A DNA stretch of 64,000 bases from an uncultured Anaerolineales bacterium (GTDB lineage: Bacteria; Chloroflexota; Anaerolineae; B4-G1; SLSP01): positions 20,607 to 84,606 of the forward strand of contig CAYMAQ010000001.1 in assembly GCA_964388385.1 (NCBI GenBank), given 5' to 3'. A program made the translations under genes and the position numbers. The notes beneath the pieces were generated by a model that had not been told where the DNA came from, ran no database searches, and worked only from the letters and a program-made list of their open reading frames with translations. The stretch's first letter is position 1. The number at the start of each line of letters is the position of its first letter. Shown piece after piece: positions 36,921-46,898 of this stretch.

Positions 36921-38402
36921 CTACGGATATTCTTCAGACGCCAGAAGCCAGGCCGACAGGGCCAACATCAATCCGATATGGAGATGCACATTGTTGACGA
37001 GCAGGTTATCCACCAGGCTGTGGGCCGCAAATTGACACCACGCTCCGATCAATCCCAGCGTGAGTCCACGATGCCATCCGGTCTGCCGATGTAAAGTCGC
37101 CATCAACCGCCCAACCCATAGCCCTAACCAGAGCAGATATCCCGACAAACCCAGCAGCCCGGTCTCCGCCAACAGGTTGAGATAGGTATTATGCGCGTGT
37201 CCTAAGGCCAGAGGCCAATTGGCAAGCCGATACACGGGATAGGCAGACTCATAGCAGCCCAGCCCCACCCCGAGCCAGAAATGATCGCGCCACATGCCCA
37301 GGGCGGCCTGCCAATGGGCCACGCGCTCGAGGACAGCATAACTGGCATCGGTGACGGCAACTCCGCGCACATCGGCAAAGCGCGTGTAGGCTAAAAATCC
37401 AATCATCCGTTCACTTATCGCAGTCGGCAACCACCCGGCAAGATAGGCCCACCACCCGGCAGCCAGCAGTGCCACGACGCCTGTCAAACCCCAAAATCTG
37501 CGGCGTGGAAAAAGCACAGCTATGCCCAGCATCGCCACGCCAAACCCCATCCATCCACCACGGGACCAGGAAGCGATCAATCCGCCGACCAACCCTAACA
37601 CGGCAGCCGAAACCAACAGCCGCCGCAGCATAGGCCACCATCCCTCCCTGCCCCGCTCACGAAACCAACTGTCCCACATACCGGCGGACAATCCCACCGC
37701 AACCGCAGCGACCATCCCGACGAAACCGGCATAAGGATTCGGTTGTTGAAAGGTCCCATAAGCCCGATACAACCGCCCGAAGATCAGAAAAGCATCAGGA
37801 CCGTCGCCGCGGCCCACAAACTGCCAGAGCCCAACGCCAGCCTGAATAAGACCAGCACCGAGTAACGTGGCGATCATCACCCCACCGACAAGGTTCCGAG
37901 AATCGCTCCGAATCCGTTGTGAGACGACCAAAAAGATCAGAAGGATCTGAACCCATTTTGACAGCTCAAGAAATCCAACCCAGACATCGACCGGCGACCA
38001 TAGCGTAAGCAGATAAAGACCGAGAAGCCCCAAGAGAGGAGCCAGGAGCGGAGGGGTCGGTATTTCGATCTCCCGCCGCACCAAACCTTGCAACAACCAC
38101 GCACAGAGCGCGGAAACGAATGCGATCTGACCGATATAGTTGGGGACACCGGGAGCGGCAATGTGCAACCACGCCGTCAGCGGCCCAACCAAAAGCGAGA
38201 GGATCACCCCGACCAGCGGCTCAATCAGCAAGGCAACGAGAAATCCGCTCCCCACAACCCCAAACCCGACATAGACCAGAGGCAAGCCGGCAATCAGAAG
38301 GCCCGCAAAGCCGCCGAAAATCGAGAGGCCAATCAGGACACACCACCAGCGCCAGTGCGTGAGAACGCCCGGTGCTCTCCAGGATTTCAGTACTCGATCC
38401 AT
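36921..38402 (-). CDS. O-antigen ligase (WaaL/RfaL)-like or O-antigen polymerase-like membrane protein
   Basis: About 12 TM helices with a large periplasmic loop near the C-terminal third. Overlaps the NUDIX gene by 16 nt. Confidence 0.6.
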   Translation of the reverse strand: MDRVLKSWRAPGVLTHWRWWCVLIGLSIFGGFAGLLIAGLPLVYVGFGVVGSGFLVALLIEPLVGVILSLLVGPLTAWLHIAAPGVPNYIGQIAFVSALCAWLLQGLVRREIEIPTPPLLAPLLGLLGLYLLTLWSPVDVWVGFLELSKWVQILLIFLVVSQRIRSDSRNLVGGVMIATLLGAGLIQAGVGLWQFVGRGDGPDAFLIFGRLYRAYGTFQQPNPYAGFVGMVAAVAVGLSAGMWDSWFRERGREGWWPMLRRLLVSAAVLGLVGGLIASWSRGGWMGFGVAMLGIAVLFPRRRFWGLTGVVALLAAGWWAYLAGWLPTAISERMIGFLAYTRFADVRGVAVTDASYAVLERVAHWQAALGMWRDHFWLGVGLGCYESAYPVYRLANWPLALGHAHNTYLNLLAETGLLGLSGYLLWLGLWVGRLMATLHRQTGWHRGLTLGLIGAWCQFAAHSLVDNLLVNNVHLHIGLMLALSAWLLASEEYP

Positions 38403-38851
38403 TGCACTAATTTGAGATCGCGATCGTACACAAACTTCGCATGGAAAAAGTCAGTGTCCGAACTCAGAATCCGGGGAGCGAAGATTGCATCGGCCTGTGG
38501 AATCGGCAGGTCACGATAATAGCGCGCCAAGGGAACCCAATCCAACGCGCCCTCCCGAAGGTCTGGGGTAAGTTTGCCCTCAAAACAGTGGGCCACGTAG
38601 ATAAAGAGGAACCACTGCCAATCAGGTCGTGGGGAAACTTCGGTGCAAAACCCCTTCCAGTCCAGATTGCTTACATGAAGGCCCGTCTCCTCAAACATCT
38701 CGCGCTTTGCCGCGTCCATCGGGGATTCATCAAGTTCCACTTTGCCGCCGGGAGCGATCCAAAGACCGAGGTTCGGCGCCTTGTTGCGATGAATAAGCAG
38801 CACCTCGTCGTCCTGCTTCGCATAGACCAACACACTGGCGATCCTTGCCAT
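38387..38851 (-). CDS. NUDIX hydrolase
   Basis: Nudix box GGKVELDESPMDAAKREMFEETGL. Confidence 0.8.
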   Translation of the reverse strand: MARIASVLVYAKQDDEVLLIHRNKAPNLGLWIAPGGKVELDESPMDAAKREMFEETGLHVSNLDWKGFCTEVSPRPDWQWFLFIYVAHCFEGKLTPDLREGALDWVPLARYYRDLPIPQADAIFAPRILSSDTDFFHAKFVYDRDLKLVQWIEY

Positions 38852-39801
38852 CAGGCCAATCCTAGGCGCTCGCGAAAATACGCCGTCGTCAACGTCAGCC
38901 CCTCGCGAAGCGAGACCTCAGGCTCCCAGCCCAGCCATTCGCGCGCCCGGCTGATATCCGGACACCGCCGCTTGGGGTCGTCTCGGGTCCGCTCATCCTC
39001 CGGAATGACAAACGTGATATCGGAGGGGCTATCCGTGACTTCGATGACAAGCTTGGCGAAGTCCAGGATTGTGATCTCATTGGGATTGCCGATATTGACC
39101 GGATCTGTCTCGTCTGAGGCCATCAGGCGCATGATTCCCGCGACCAGGTCATCAACGTAGCAGAACGCTCGCGTCCGTTGCCCCTTGTCATACACAGTCA
39201 AAGGATCGCTGCGGAGCGCCTGACTGATGAAATTCGGGACGACCCGTCCATCATCCACACGCATCCGGGGGCCGTAGGTGTTGAAAATCCTCACAATCCG
39301 AGTGTCGACGCCATGATAACGATGGTAGGCCATCGTTAAGGCCTCAGCGAAGCGTTTGCTCTCGTCGTAAACGCCGCGTGGCCCCACAGGGTTGACGTTT
39401 CCCCAATAGGATTCCTCCTGCGGGTGGACCAATGGATCCCCATAGACCTCCGAGGTGGAGGCCAAAAGATAGCGGGCGTCTTTGACCAATGCGAGACCTA
39501 ACGTATTGTGCGTACCCAGCGCACCGACCTTCAAAGTCTGAATCGGAAAGTTTAAGTAATCGACTGGGCTGGGGAGAGATGCAAGATGGAGCACCATATC
39601 GAGATGACCGGCAACGTAGATATAGTTGGTGACGTCGTGCTTGATAAAGGAGAATTGAGAATGACCGGCTAGATGTGAGATATTGTCCGTCGTCCCGGTC
39701 TTAAGGTTATCCATAGCGATCACCTCATGACCTTCATCAAGATATTGATCGCAGAGATGCGAACCAATAAAGCCTGCTCCGCCTGTGATAAGAATACGCA
39801 T
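38851..39801 (-). CDS. UDP-glucuronate decarboxylase (UDP-xylose synthase) / short-chain NAD-dependent sugar epimerase-dehydratase
   Basis: [16 protein letters not shown] Rossmann motif and YxxxK. UXS/ArnA-decarboxylase-like over the full length. Confidence 0.85.
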   Translation of the reverse strand: MRILITGGAGFIGSHLCDQYLDEGHEVIAMDNLKTGTTDNISHLAGHSQFSFIKHDVTNYIYVAGHLDMVLHLASLPSPVDYLNFPIQTLKVGALGTHNTLGLALVKDARYLLASTSEVYGDPLVHPQEESYWGNVNPVGPRGVYDESKRFAEALTMAYHRYHGVDTRIVRIFNTYGPRMRVDDGRVVPNFISQALRSDPLTVYDKGQRTRAFCYVDDLVAGIMRLMASDETDPVNIGNPNEITILDFAKLVIEVTDSPSDITFVIPEDERTRDDPKRRCPDISRAREWLGWEPEVSLREGLTLTTAYFRERLGLA

Positions 39802-39991
39802 ATTGACTCCTTAGGTGGTTGTCTAGTACCGAAATTATACTTCAGCCGTTGAACAAGTCACCTGCCCGATGGTGACCCTGAAATCTTGCAACCTACGCCT
39901 GGGTAATCCCGTATGGACTAATAGAGCAGTGTCGCGGCATCAGTGCTGCAACCGAGAAAAGCAAATACAGGACGTGATAGAGAGCGACAAC

Positions 39992-40020
39992 TTCACACGA
40001 AATCGTTTCTGTGCTACAAT
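39992..40020 (+). promoter_or_regulatory. promoter TTCACA-17-TGcTACAAT (extended -10) for the coiled-coil/SPFH operon
   Basis: Seen directly, about 70 nt upstream of the ATG at 40090. Confidence 0.4.
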
Positions 40021-40089
40021 GGATGTCAGGCGAAAACAAGCGACAATCAACAGAAACCCACGAAACCTAACCGCTTGAGGAGGGGCAGA

Positions 40090-40605
40090 ATGAGTCTACT
40101 CGACAAAGTCCAGGGCGAGATGTCTAGTTTGGAAGCATTGATTGCCAAAATTCCGGGATACAAAGGCTACAAAGCGAAGGAGCAACGGCGGGAAGCCGAT
40201 CGCCTCTTGAGAGAACATATAGCCAATCGTTTGCGTACGGTTAAATCGCGACTCGATGCACTCCAGACGGACCTTGTCTCGTCCGGTAAGATCGATCTGC
40301 TCGACGAAGCAGGAAGTGCCTCCACTCAACTCCAGACATTTATCGACCGCATACAGACTGCCTCGTACGGGTACAGCGGGCTATTCGACGCCTCTCGCAT
40401 CAAGGAGGACGATCTCGATCGCGTATATGAGTTCGATGCGGCGCTGCTGAGCTATGCAGATCGACTGGAGGGTGCTATCGCTCGGGCCCGGGAGGAAATG
40501 GAGGGCGAAGACGCCAAGGCTCAAATCCTGATGATCCGCGACTTGGCCCGTGAAGCAAATGCAACCCTTGACGAACGGCGCGATGTGCTTCGGGACATCG
40601 TCTGA
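40090..40605 (+). CDS. hypothetical coiled-coil protein (171 aa)
   Basis: GAGGAGGGG RBS before the ATG. Charged helical sequence with no recognised family; 71 nt upstream of the SPFH gene. Confidence 0.6.
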   Translation: MSLLDKVQGEMSSLEALIAKIPGYKGYKAKEQRREADRLLREHIANRLRTVKSRLDALQTDLVSSGKIDLLDEAGSASTQLQTFIDRIQTASYGYSGLFDASRIKEDDLDRVYEFDAALLSYADRLEGAIARAREEMEGEDAKAQILMIRDLAREANATLDERRDVLRDIV

Positions 40606-40676
40606 TAACTGAGGAGAAAACGAGGCGCTAGTCTCTTGCAGCGACGCCTTGATAGACCTACGGGAGGTAAATACCT

Positions 40677-41783
40677 ATGGCCCGCGTTTTTGATCTAATC
40701 GAATATGTAGATGAGGGGCGTACCGAAATCGCCCATCGCATTCCGGAGCGTGGCTCCGGTGACTTCCGAATCGGCAGCCAGCTCATCGTCAGAGAATCAC
40801 AGGCGGCAATCTTCTTCCGGGACGGCAAAGCCCTGGATACGTTCGGACCGGGACGCCACACCATCACCACCGCCAATATTCCCTATCTCGTTGACCTGGT
40901 TGGCAAAGCCTTCTCAGGACGGTCGCCTTTCCGTGCAGAAGTCTACTTTGTCACGACCCGTGAGCTTACGGATATGAAATGGGGGACGCCGCAGCCGATC
41001 ACAATTCAGGATCCCATCCTGCGGATGGCCCGCGTGACCGGATACGGCACGTACGCGATCCAGATCACAGATCCGCAGCTCTTTGTGTCCAAGATTGTGG
41101 GGACTCAAAACCTCTACCGAACACAGGATATCCAGAATTTCTTCCGCAGCATTCTCTTGACAAAGATGATCGATCTGATCGGCGAGATGGGCAAGTCCAT
41201 CATCCAGATGGCGGCGTTCGTTGAGGAGTTAGCAGCCGGTGTACGGGCGAAAGCCGCGGAGGAGTTTGCCGCCCGAGGCGTAACCCTGAACTCCTTTTAT
41301 GTTGAGTCAATCTCTCCCACGGAGGAGACGGCGAAGGCCATCGACACAGCCTCGGCGATGGGTGCGATCGGTGATATGAACGCCTACATGCAGTATCAGG
41401 GAGCGAACGCGATGCGGGATGCTGCGCAGAATGAGGGAGCGGCAGGCAGCGGTGTGGGCTTGGGCGCGGGGGTGGGCTTGGGTTCAGCGATGGGACAGAT
41501 GCTCGGACAAACAACGCAGCGCCAGCCACAGCAGCAACCGGCTCAGTCATCGGCGTCCCCGCCACCCGTCCCGCAGACCGGCAGCTACTACGTCGCGGTT
41601 AACGGCCAGCAGGCAGGCCCCTTTGATAGGGGATCCCTTCAGCAGAAGATACAATCTGGAGATCTCACCAAGGAGACTCTGGTCTGGAAAGAAGGTATGG
41701 ATCAATGGGCGAAAGCGGGCGAGGTTTCGGATCTCAACCAGTTGTTCGGTCAAAGCCCGCCCCCGCTACCCTCAGAGTCATAG
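40677..41783 (+). CDS. SPFH/band-7 superfamily protein (virion-core/Band_7_1-like) with Gly/Gln-rich linker and C-terminal DUF4339 (GYF-like) domain
   Basis: N-terminal SPFH-like domain. C-terminal YYVAVNGQQAGPF...LQQKIQSGDLTKETLVWKEGMDQWAKAGEV. GGGAGG RBS. Confidence 0.7.
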   Translation: MARVFDLIEYVDEGRTEIAHRIPERGSGDFRIGSQLIVRESQAAIFFRDGKALDTFGPGRHTITTANIPYLVDLVGKAFSGRSPFRAEVYFVTTRELTDMKWGTPQPITIQDPILRMARVTGYGTYAIQITDPQLFVSKIVGTQNLYRTQDIQNFFRSILLTKMIDLIGEMGKSIIQMAAFVEELAAGVRAKAAEEFAARGVTLNSFYVESISPTEETAKAIDTASAMGAIGDMNAYMQYQGANAMRDAAQNEGAAGSGVGLGAGVGLGSAMGQMLGQTTQRQPQQQPAQSSASPPPVPQTGSYYVAVNGQQAGPFDRGSLQQKIQSGDLTKETLVWKEGMDQWAKAGEVSDLNQLFGQSPPPLPSES

Positions 41784-41806
41784 TCCGACAACCATCAAAA
41801 CACAAT

Positions 41807-41837
41807 GAGCCCGGATCTCGATATGTGATCCGGGCTC
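41807..41837. terminator. bidirectional hairpin terminator (11-bp stem GAGCCCGGATC/GATCCGGGCTC) between convergent SPFH and NERD genes
   Basis: Perfect inverted repeat; U-rich (TTGTGTTTTGAT) on the minus side. Confidence 0.5.
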
Positions 41838-41870
41838 ATCCGTATGAGTAATACCGCGTGGACACTTTGA

Positions 41871-42593
41871 TCAGGTCTCTGTCCCAGCGTTATCCGAATC
41901 CCCGAGGCTATACCCCAGAGCGTCTGCCAGTTCCATACGGGTCTCGTAAGAGAGTGGCGGACTCAGTGGATTCTTGCGCAACCAGCGTTTGAGTTCTGCA
42001 GCCCTAAGGGCTGGAATCGGCGCCTTTTCCGCATGCAGATGTACGTCCGGATGGGTAAACAGAATAACCGCGCGAATTGGAATCTTCTCAACCTCCGATA
42101 ACCGATCATCGAACGCATTCTCCAAGACTTCGACTTCCGCCTCAGCAAGCCGATCCGGACGACCCAATGATTCCTGACCGGCGAAGCGCCGAAGCCACCC
42201 GAGTTTTTGCTGGTGACGCCAACGCCCATCCTCATAGGCCACTTCCCCGGCTTGTGACTTTACGGTTATCACAGTAAGCCCCCCGGGTTCAACAAAAACG
42301 AAGGGAACCGGCGTACTGTAAATCAGCAGTGCGTAGTCGTCGTCAAACCCTTTCAAGGATTCCGGGACCCGTTTGTGGTGGGCCTGCTCGCCTACGTACC
42401 GATCACCCAGGTAGCCACCCGTCAATGAGATAAGGAGACCCACCCAGACAAGGGCCAGCGTTCCCCACATCCACTCCGGCTTGGCAAAGATCAGAACCGT
42501 AGCAAGCACCAGCATAATCAAACCTGCAAACGGGGCTATTTCGCCGATTTTAGCGCGTCTTTCAATCTTGGCCTCATTGGCAATGATCCGCAT
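41871..42593 (-). CDS. membrane-anchored NERD (nuclease-related domain) protein
   Basis: N-terminal 2 TM helices. Core DDYALLIY...GGLTVITVKS resembles a NERD domain. ATG 42593 with GGTAGGAGGG RBS. Confidence 0.5.
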   Translation of the reverse strand: MRIIANEAKIERRAKIGEIAPFAGLIMLVLATVLIFAKPEWMWGTLALVWVGLLISLTGGYLGDRYVGEQAHHKRVPESLKGFDDDYALLIYSTPVPFVFVEPGGLTVITVKSQAGEVAYEDGRWRHQQKLGWLRRFAGQESLGRPDRLAEAEVEVLENAFDDRLSEVEKIPIRAVILFTHPDVHLHAEKAPIPALRAAELKRWLRKNPLSPPLSYETRMELADALGYSLGDSDNAGTET

Positions 42594-42701
42594 ATACCCT
42601 CCTACCCCTAAGGAACTAAGGAACGACAATCGAACTGAGAGGTTGAAAAACATTCTGCAGCCAATAATTACTATGACACATTCTCACTCAAGACAGATTC
42701 A

Positions 42702-43730
42702 TCAACGACCGAGTAGCTCGGACTTGATCGTGGGAATAACGTCTCCGGCAACGGCTTCCCGTGCCCGCAAAATCGCACTGCGCACAGCATAGGCATTCGA
42801 TCGACCATGGCCCACGATAACCACGCCGTTCACACCTAACAAGAGAGCACCTCCGACCTCAGCATAATCCAGGCGTTTGACAAGACGCCGAACGCGGGGG
42901 AGTATAAAAAGCAGACCCGGAAGCCCAACCAAGAGCGCAGGCAGCAGCAGAATTCCGGCGACAATGGGTAACGCACCGGATAACAGATCCTTCTGAATGG
43001 CTCTCTTGAGAAACGAAGCAACAGCCTCCGCGGTTTTGATGTGGATATTGCCCGTAAAACCGTCGGTTACAACCACGTCCGCGTGCCCTTTAACCGCCTC
43101 CTTAGGCTCGACGTTGCCCACAAAATTGAGATCGCTCTCTTCGAGCATGGAAAAGGTCTCACGCAGTACCATCGTCCCCTTCTCCTCCTCCTCCCCGTTT
43201 GCCAACAAGCCGACGCGCGGTCGTTCGATCCCCATCACCTTCTCTGCGTAAATCGCCCCCATCTGGGCGAATTGCTTCAAGATATCCGGCTTGGGATCGG
43301 CGGTCGCACCGGTGTCCATAAAAAGCATCGGGTTCTCCGACATCGGATAGTGTATGCAGAGAGCCGGTCGGCGGATACCTCGTATGCGCCTGAGGTCGAA
43401 AATTGCCGAAGAGAGACACGCAATGGTGTTGCCAGCAGACACGAATGCATCCGCCTCACCATCTCGAACCATCCGCATACCGACCCTGATGGTAGCGTTC
43501 TCTTTGCTGCGGACCTCCCGTGCGTGATCTTCCATGGTCAGGACCTCGGGAGCGTGGACGACACGGATGTTCAAACCTTCCGTATCGTGCTTGCCCAACT
43601 CGCGTCGCGTGTCGTTCTCGGGTCCCACCAAGATGATCTCGTCGCCCCACTCTCGTGCCGCCATCACGGCACCAGCGACATCCGGAACGGGGCAATCATC
43701 GGTTCCAAACGCATCAACTACAATTCTCAT
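42702..43730 (-). CDS. plsX: phosphate acyltransferase PlsX
   Basis: MRIVVDAFGTDDCP...GNVEP...GFTGNIHIKT...GGALLLGVNGVVIVGHGRS. AAGGAGG RBS. Confidence 0.85.
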   Translation of the reverse strand: MRIVVDAFGTDDCPVPDVAGAVMAAREWGDEIILVGPENDTRRELGKHDTEGLNIRVVHAPEVLTMEDHAREVRSKENATIRVGMRMVRDGEADAFVSAGNTIACLSSAIFDLRRIRGIRRPALCIHYPMSENPMLFMDTGATADPKPDILKQFAQMGAIYAEKVMGIERPRVGLLANGEEEEKGTMVLRETFSMLEESDLNFVGNVEPKEAVKGHADVVVTDGFTGNIHIKTAEAVASFLKRAIQKDLLSGALPIVAGILLLPALLVGLPGLLFILPRVRRLVKRLDYAEVGGALLLGVNGVVIVGHGRSNAYAVRSAILRAREAVAGDVIPTIKSELLGR

Positions 43731-43804
43731 CGTTGACCTCCTTACAACCGTGCATCTCCGAGAGCCATCCGCCCTGCCGTTTTTCAACACCCAAGCGCCA
43801 ACCT

Positions 43805-46729
43805 TCAGGCTCCCCAGAACCAAGGCGGATCGTCATCCTCATCGGAGACAAAGAGCTCCTGATTCGAGAGATCCCAATCTTGATCAAAAGCCGCTCCACC
43901 ATAGACCGACGCAGGCATCCCACGCCCATTCACCCACTGCTCGGCGACGGCGGGGAGGTCCGCCCGGGATCCGACGTGAATGCGCGGATCCGGTAAGGAC
44001 GCGATGAAACGCTGTCCGTACCCCTTACTCAACAAGCGACGATCCAGGACAACGGCGATCCCCTGATCGCCTGCCGTGCGGATCAAACGCCCAAAACCCT
44101 GCATAAAACGCAAGATCGCCTCCGGGACCATATACTGGTGAAATGGGCTTTCGTAAGCCTCTGCCCGGGCTGACACAATCGGGTCACTGGGTACGTCAAA
44201 GGGCAGTTTCGCGATGACCAGACACGAGAGCGCTTCGCCTGGCACGTCAACGCCCTCCCAGAACGATCGTGTACCTAATAGGACAACCCGCTCATCCTCC
44301 CGGAAGCTCTCGAGGAGCTGAGATCGAGAAGTGCCCGATCCTTGAGAGTAGACTGTGATGCCCGCCTTCGCAAGAGGCTCGGTAATAGCCGTCGTGGTGG
44401 CTTTAAGCTGACTGTACGACGTGAACAGAGCCAGGGCTCGCCCCTCCGTCGCTTTAAACAAATCAATCAACGTCTCCTCAACGGTTTTCTGATATCCATG
44501 TGTGCCAGGCTCCGGAATATCGTTGAGAAGATAGAGCAAGGCCACGGACGGGTAGTCGAAAGGCGATCCCACGGCGAGATCATCGATCTCTTCCGCACCC
44601 AGTCGATCGCGCATGTAATCAAACGCCCCCTCAACCCGCAGGGTCGCCGATGTAAGGATCACCGACCGTTTCTTCTCGAGAAGATGCTGACGTATCAATG
44701 TGCCGACGTTGAGAGGAGCAACGTTGAAATTGAGTGCGCGCCCCCGTCGCATCGAGAGCCAATAGATCGCGTTCCGTGTGGGACGTCGAATGAACTGATC
44801 GAGTTGTGCGTGGGATTCCTCGAGCATTCGGCTCAACCCAACCATGCGAACCCGTAGGGATTCCAACTCAGGAGCCTCAACCTCTGTCAGATCCTCCAAG
44901 CCCCGGGTTAATCGTGACAATCGTTCAACGAAGCGGCCAAAATCCGGTTCCAAACGCGACCAGCTGACATAAATTTGATCCCAGCCCGGATCTTGTCGCA
45001 TCGATTCCACCATTCGCAGTCGGACCCCATAGCCCCCACGTTGTTGAACGCGACTGTTAAGAAACCCTTCAGCATCCGAAAAAAGCGCATCTAATTCACG
45101 CTGAAGCCGCTTGCCCAGATCCCCCAGTTGTTGTACCTCCTCATAGATTTTGGCGCCGATACTTGGGGAGAGCGTACGGCCCATTTGGAGCAGCTCTTGT
45201 AGAAGGGAATCATACGAGCGCCCCGAACGAAGCAGCGCACCCAAAGCCCGGTCCAGACCAGGCCCCGTCACGGTATACTGCATCGAGTCGGTCGCTGCGG
45301 ATTCGAGATGATGGGCCTCATCCACGATAAGCAGAGGATACTCGGGAAGCACTCGGTTCTGGGTAGCCAGATCTGCCAGCAGGAGCGCATGGTTCACAAT
45401 GAGCAGATGGGCGCCCTCTGCCTTTGCCCGTGCCTGGTAGAAAAAGCACCGCCCCTCGTGAAAGACCCGACAGTGCTCGGGGTCGCACACCTCACTGGCG
45501 GCAGATAACTCGTGCCATACCCGGCGTTCGTTCGGCGTGGGGAGGAACAGATCGTCGCCATCCCCATCAATTGTACTCGGCAACCAGTACAGCACCTTGG
45601 CCAGAACACGCATCTCGTCTTCGCTGCGCGGGCCACGCTTTCGCAGCGCGTCCAACTGCTGCATACAGAGATAGTGGGAGCGCCCTTTGAGAATCTGATA
45701 GCGAAAGTCATAGAGTATATCGGCAAGCTGAGGAATATCCTTGTTGACCAACTGCTCCTGCAGATTGATGGTGTTGGTCGAGATCACGACGTGCTGACCG
45801 TTCAAGACGCCCCATTCGATCGCCGGGAGCAGGTACGCCAATGACTTGCCGGTACCCGTGCCGGCCTCTACCATTAAGTGGCGACCCGCATTAAAGGCAT
45901 CTCCCACGGCCTGCATCATCTTCACCTGCTGCTCCCGGTATTCGTATTCAGGATAGACCTGGGAGATCGGGCCGTCTTCATCGAAGAACGCGGTCAACGC
46001 ATCGAGATCAATAGGCTTCGGTTCGCGCCGGGCTCGCAAAGGCTCAAAGCTTGTCTCTTGAATAACCTGCCGCTTGACAGTGCGGGTGAATTTGTCCGCA
46101 AGTTGCGCACCAAGGGCGCCCTGGGTTCCGTAACGCCGGCGGCTGTAGAGCGCGTCCCCAAAGAAACGGGCCGGCCCCCAATGGACGCGACGACCTAACC
46201 GGATGATTTCCTTGAGCGTGGATTCGGGCATCTGAGAAGCACGTTCCAAAAGCTTAAGGAAGAGCGCCTGGGTCATCTGCGCATCGTCCAAAGCGCGATG
46301 CGTCTGCTCGACCGTCGTAAGCCCCAGATCGTGCACCAAATTGTTGAGGCTATATCGGCTGGCATGGGGAACCAGTATGCCCGCCAGTTCAAAGGTATCA
46401 ATACGCGCACTTCGGCGAAGCACGCCGTGCTGGCGCATGAACGCCAGGTCAAAGCCAACATTATGGCCCACGACCGGATCACGGCCCACAAACTCGGCAG
46501 CCTGTCGGGTAGCCTCTCGCGAACCTATGGCATCCTTGACGTCCCGATTTGTGATGCCGGTCAATTCAACGACAAAGGGAGGAATCGGGCGTCCGGGATT
46601 AACCAACGTGGAGAACTCCGCAATGACGTGATCACGATCAAAGCGAACTGCGCCAATCTCGATAATCTCGTCGTGCGAAGGCTCTAAGCCGGTTGTTTCC
46701 AGATCAAGGGCAACGTACGTTTTAGGCAT
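43805..46729 (-). CDS. dinG: DinG-family ATP-dependent helicase with N-terminal DnaQ-like 3'-5' exonuclease domain
   Basis: N-terminus YVALDLETTGL...HNVGFDLAFM (exonuclease). Helicase motifs GTGKSLAYLLP and VDEAHHL, plus a C-terminal RecA-like domain. Confidence 0.85.
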   Translation of the reverse strand: MPKTYVALDLETTGLEPSHDEIIEIGAVRFDRDHVIAEFSTLVNPGRPIPPFVVELTGITNRDVKDAIGSREATRQAAEFVGRDPVVGHNVGFDLAFMRQHGVLRRSARIDTFELAGILVPHASRYSLNNLVHDLGLTTVEQTHRALDDAQMTQALFLKLLERASQMPESTLKEIIRLGRRVHWGPARFFGDALYSRRRYGTQGALGAQLADKFTRTVKRQVIQETSFEPLRARREPKPIDLDALTAFFDEDGPISQVYPEYEYREQQVKMMQAVGDAFNAGRHLMVEAGTGTGKSLAYLLPAIEWGVLNGQHVVISTNTINLQEQLVNKDIPQLADILYDFRYQILKGRSHYLCMQQLDALRKRGPRSEDEMRVLAKVLYWLPSTIDGDGDDLFLPTPNERRVWHELSAASEVCDPEHCRVFHEGRCFFYQARAKAEGAHLLIVNHALLLADLATQNRVLPEYPLLIVDEAHHLESAATDSMQYTVTGPGLDRALGALLRSGRSYDSLLQELLQMGRTLSPSIGAKIYEEVQQLGDLGKRLQRELDALFSDAEGFLNSRVQQRGGYGVRLRMVESMRQDPGWDQIYVSWSRLEPDFGRFVERLSRLTRGLEDLTEVEAPELESLRVRMVGLSRMLEESHAQLDQFIRRPTRNAIYWLSMRRGRALNFNVAPLNVGTLIRQHLLEKKRSVILTSATLRVEGAFDYMRDRLGAEEIDDLAVGSPFDYPSVALLYLLNDIPEPGTHGYQKTVEETLIDLFKATEGRALALFTSYSQLKATTTAITEPLAKAGITVYSQGSGTSRSQLLESFREDERVVLLGTRSFWEGVDVPGEALSCLVIAKLPFDVPSDPIVSARAEAYESPFHQYMVPEAILRFMQGFGRLIRTAGDQGIAVVLDRRLLSKGYGQRFIASLPDPRIHVGSRADLPAVAEQWVNGRGMPASVYGGAAFDQDWDLSNQELFVSDEDDDPPWFWGA

Positions 46730-46836
46730 AGTGTCCTTTCCAGACAATAATGGAGTCATTATACCTCATTCCAACCGGGCTCAAAGCAAGATGTAACGCA
46801 CTCGACGTAAAGACGGGGTATCGGGAAGCTGAACAG

Positions 46837-46877
46837 AAAAAAAACCCCGCGGTTCAGGTCGACAATGAACCGCGGGT
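46837..46877 (-). terminator. intrinsic terminator of valS (10-bp stem CCCGCGGTTC, 11-nt loop, then an 8-U tract on the minus strand)
   Basis: Inverted repeat plus A8 run on the plus strand, 22 nt after the valS stop. Confidence 0.6.
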
Positions 46878-46898
46878 ACAGTCTTGGATCCAACCCGA

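Noticed and set aside
41440-41500. G-rich repetitive nucleotide stretch (ggtgtgggcttgggcgcgggggtgggcttggg) that looks repeat-like
   Set aside because: It encodes the Gly-rich low-complexity linker (GSGVGLGAGVGLGS) of the SPFH protein. It is not a CRISPR or tandem-repeat element.
43041-43736. 231-aa plus-strand ORF antisense to plsX
   Set aside because: PlsX on the minus strand is unambiguous. The antisense frame is a GC artefact.
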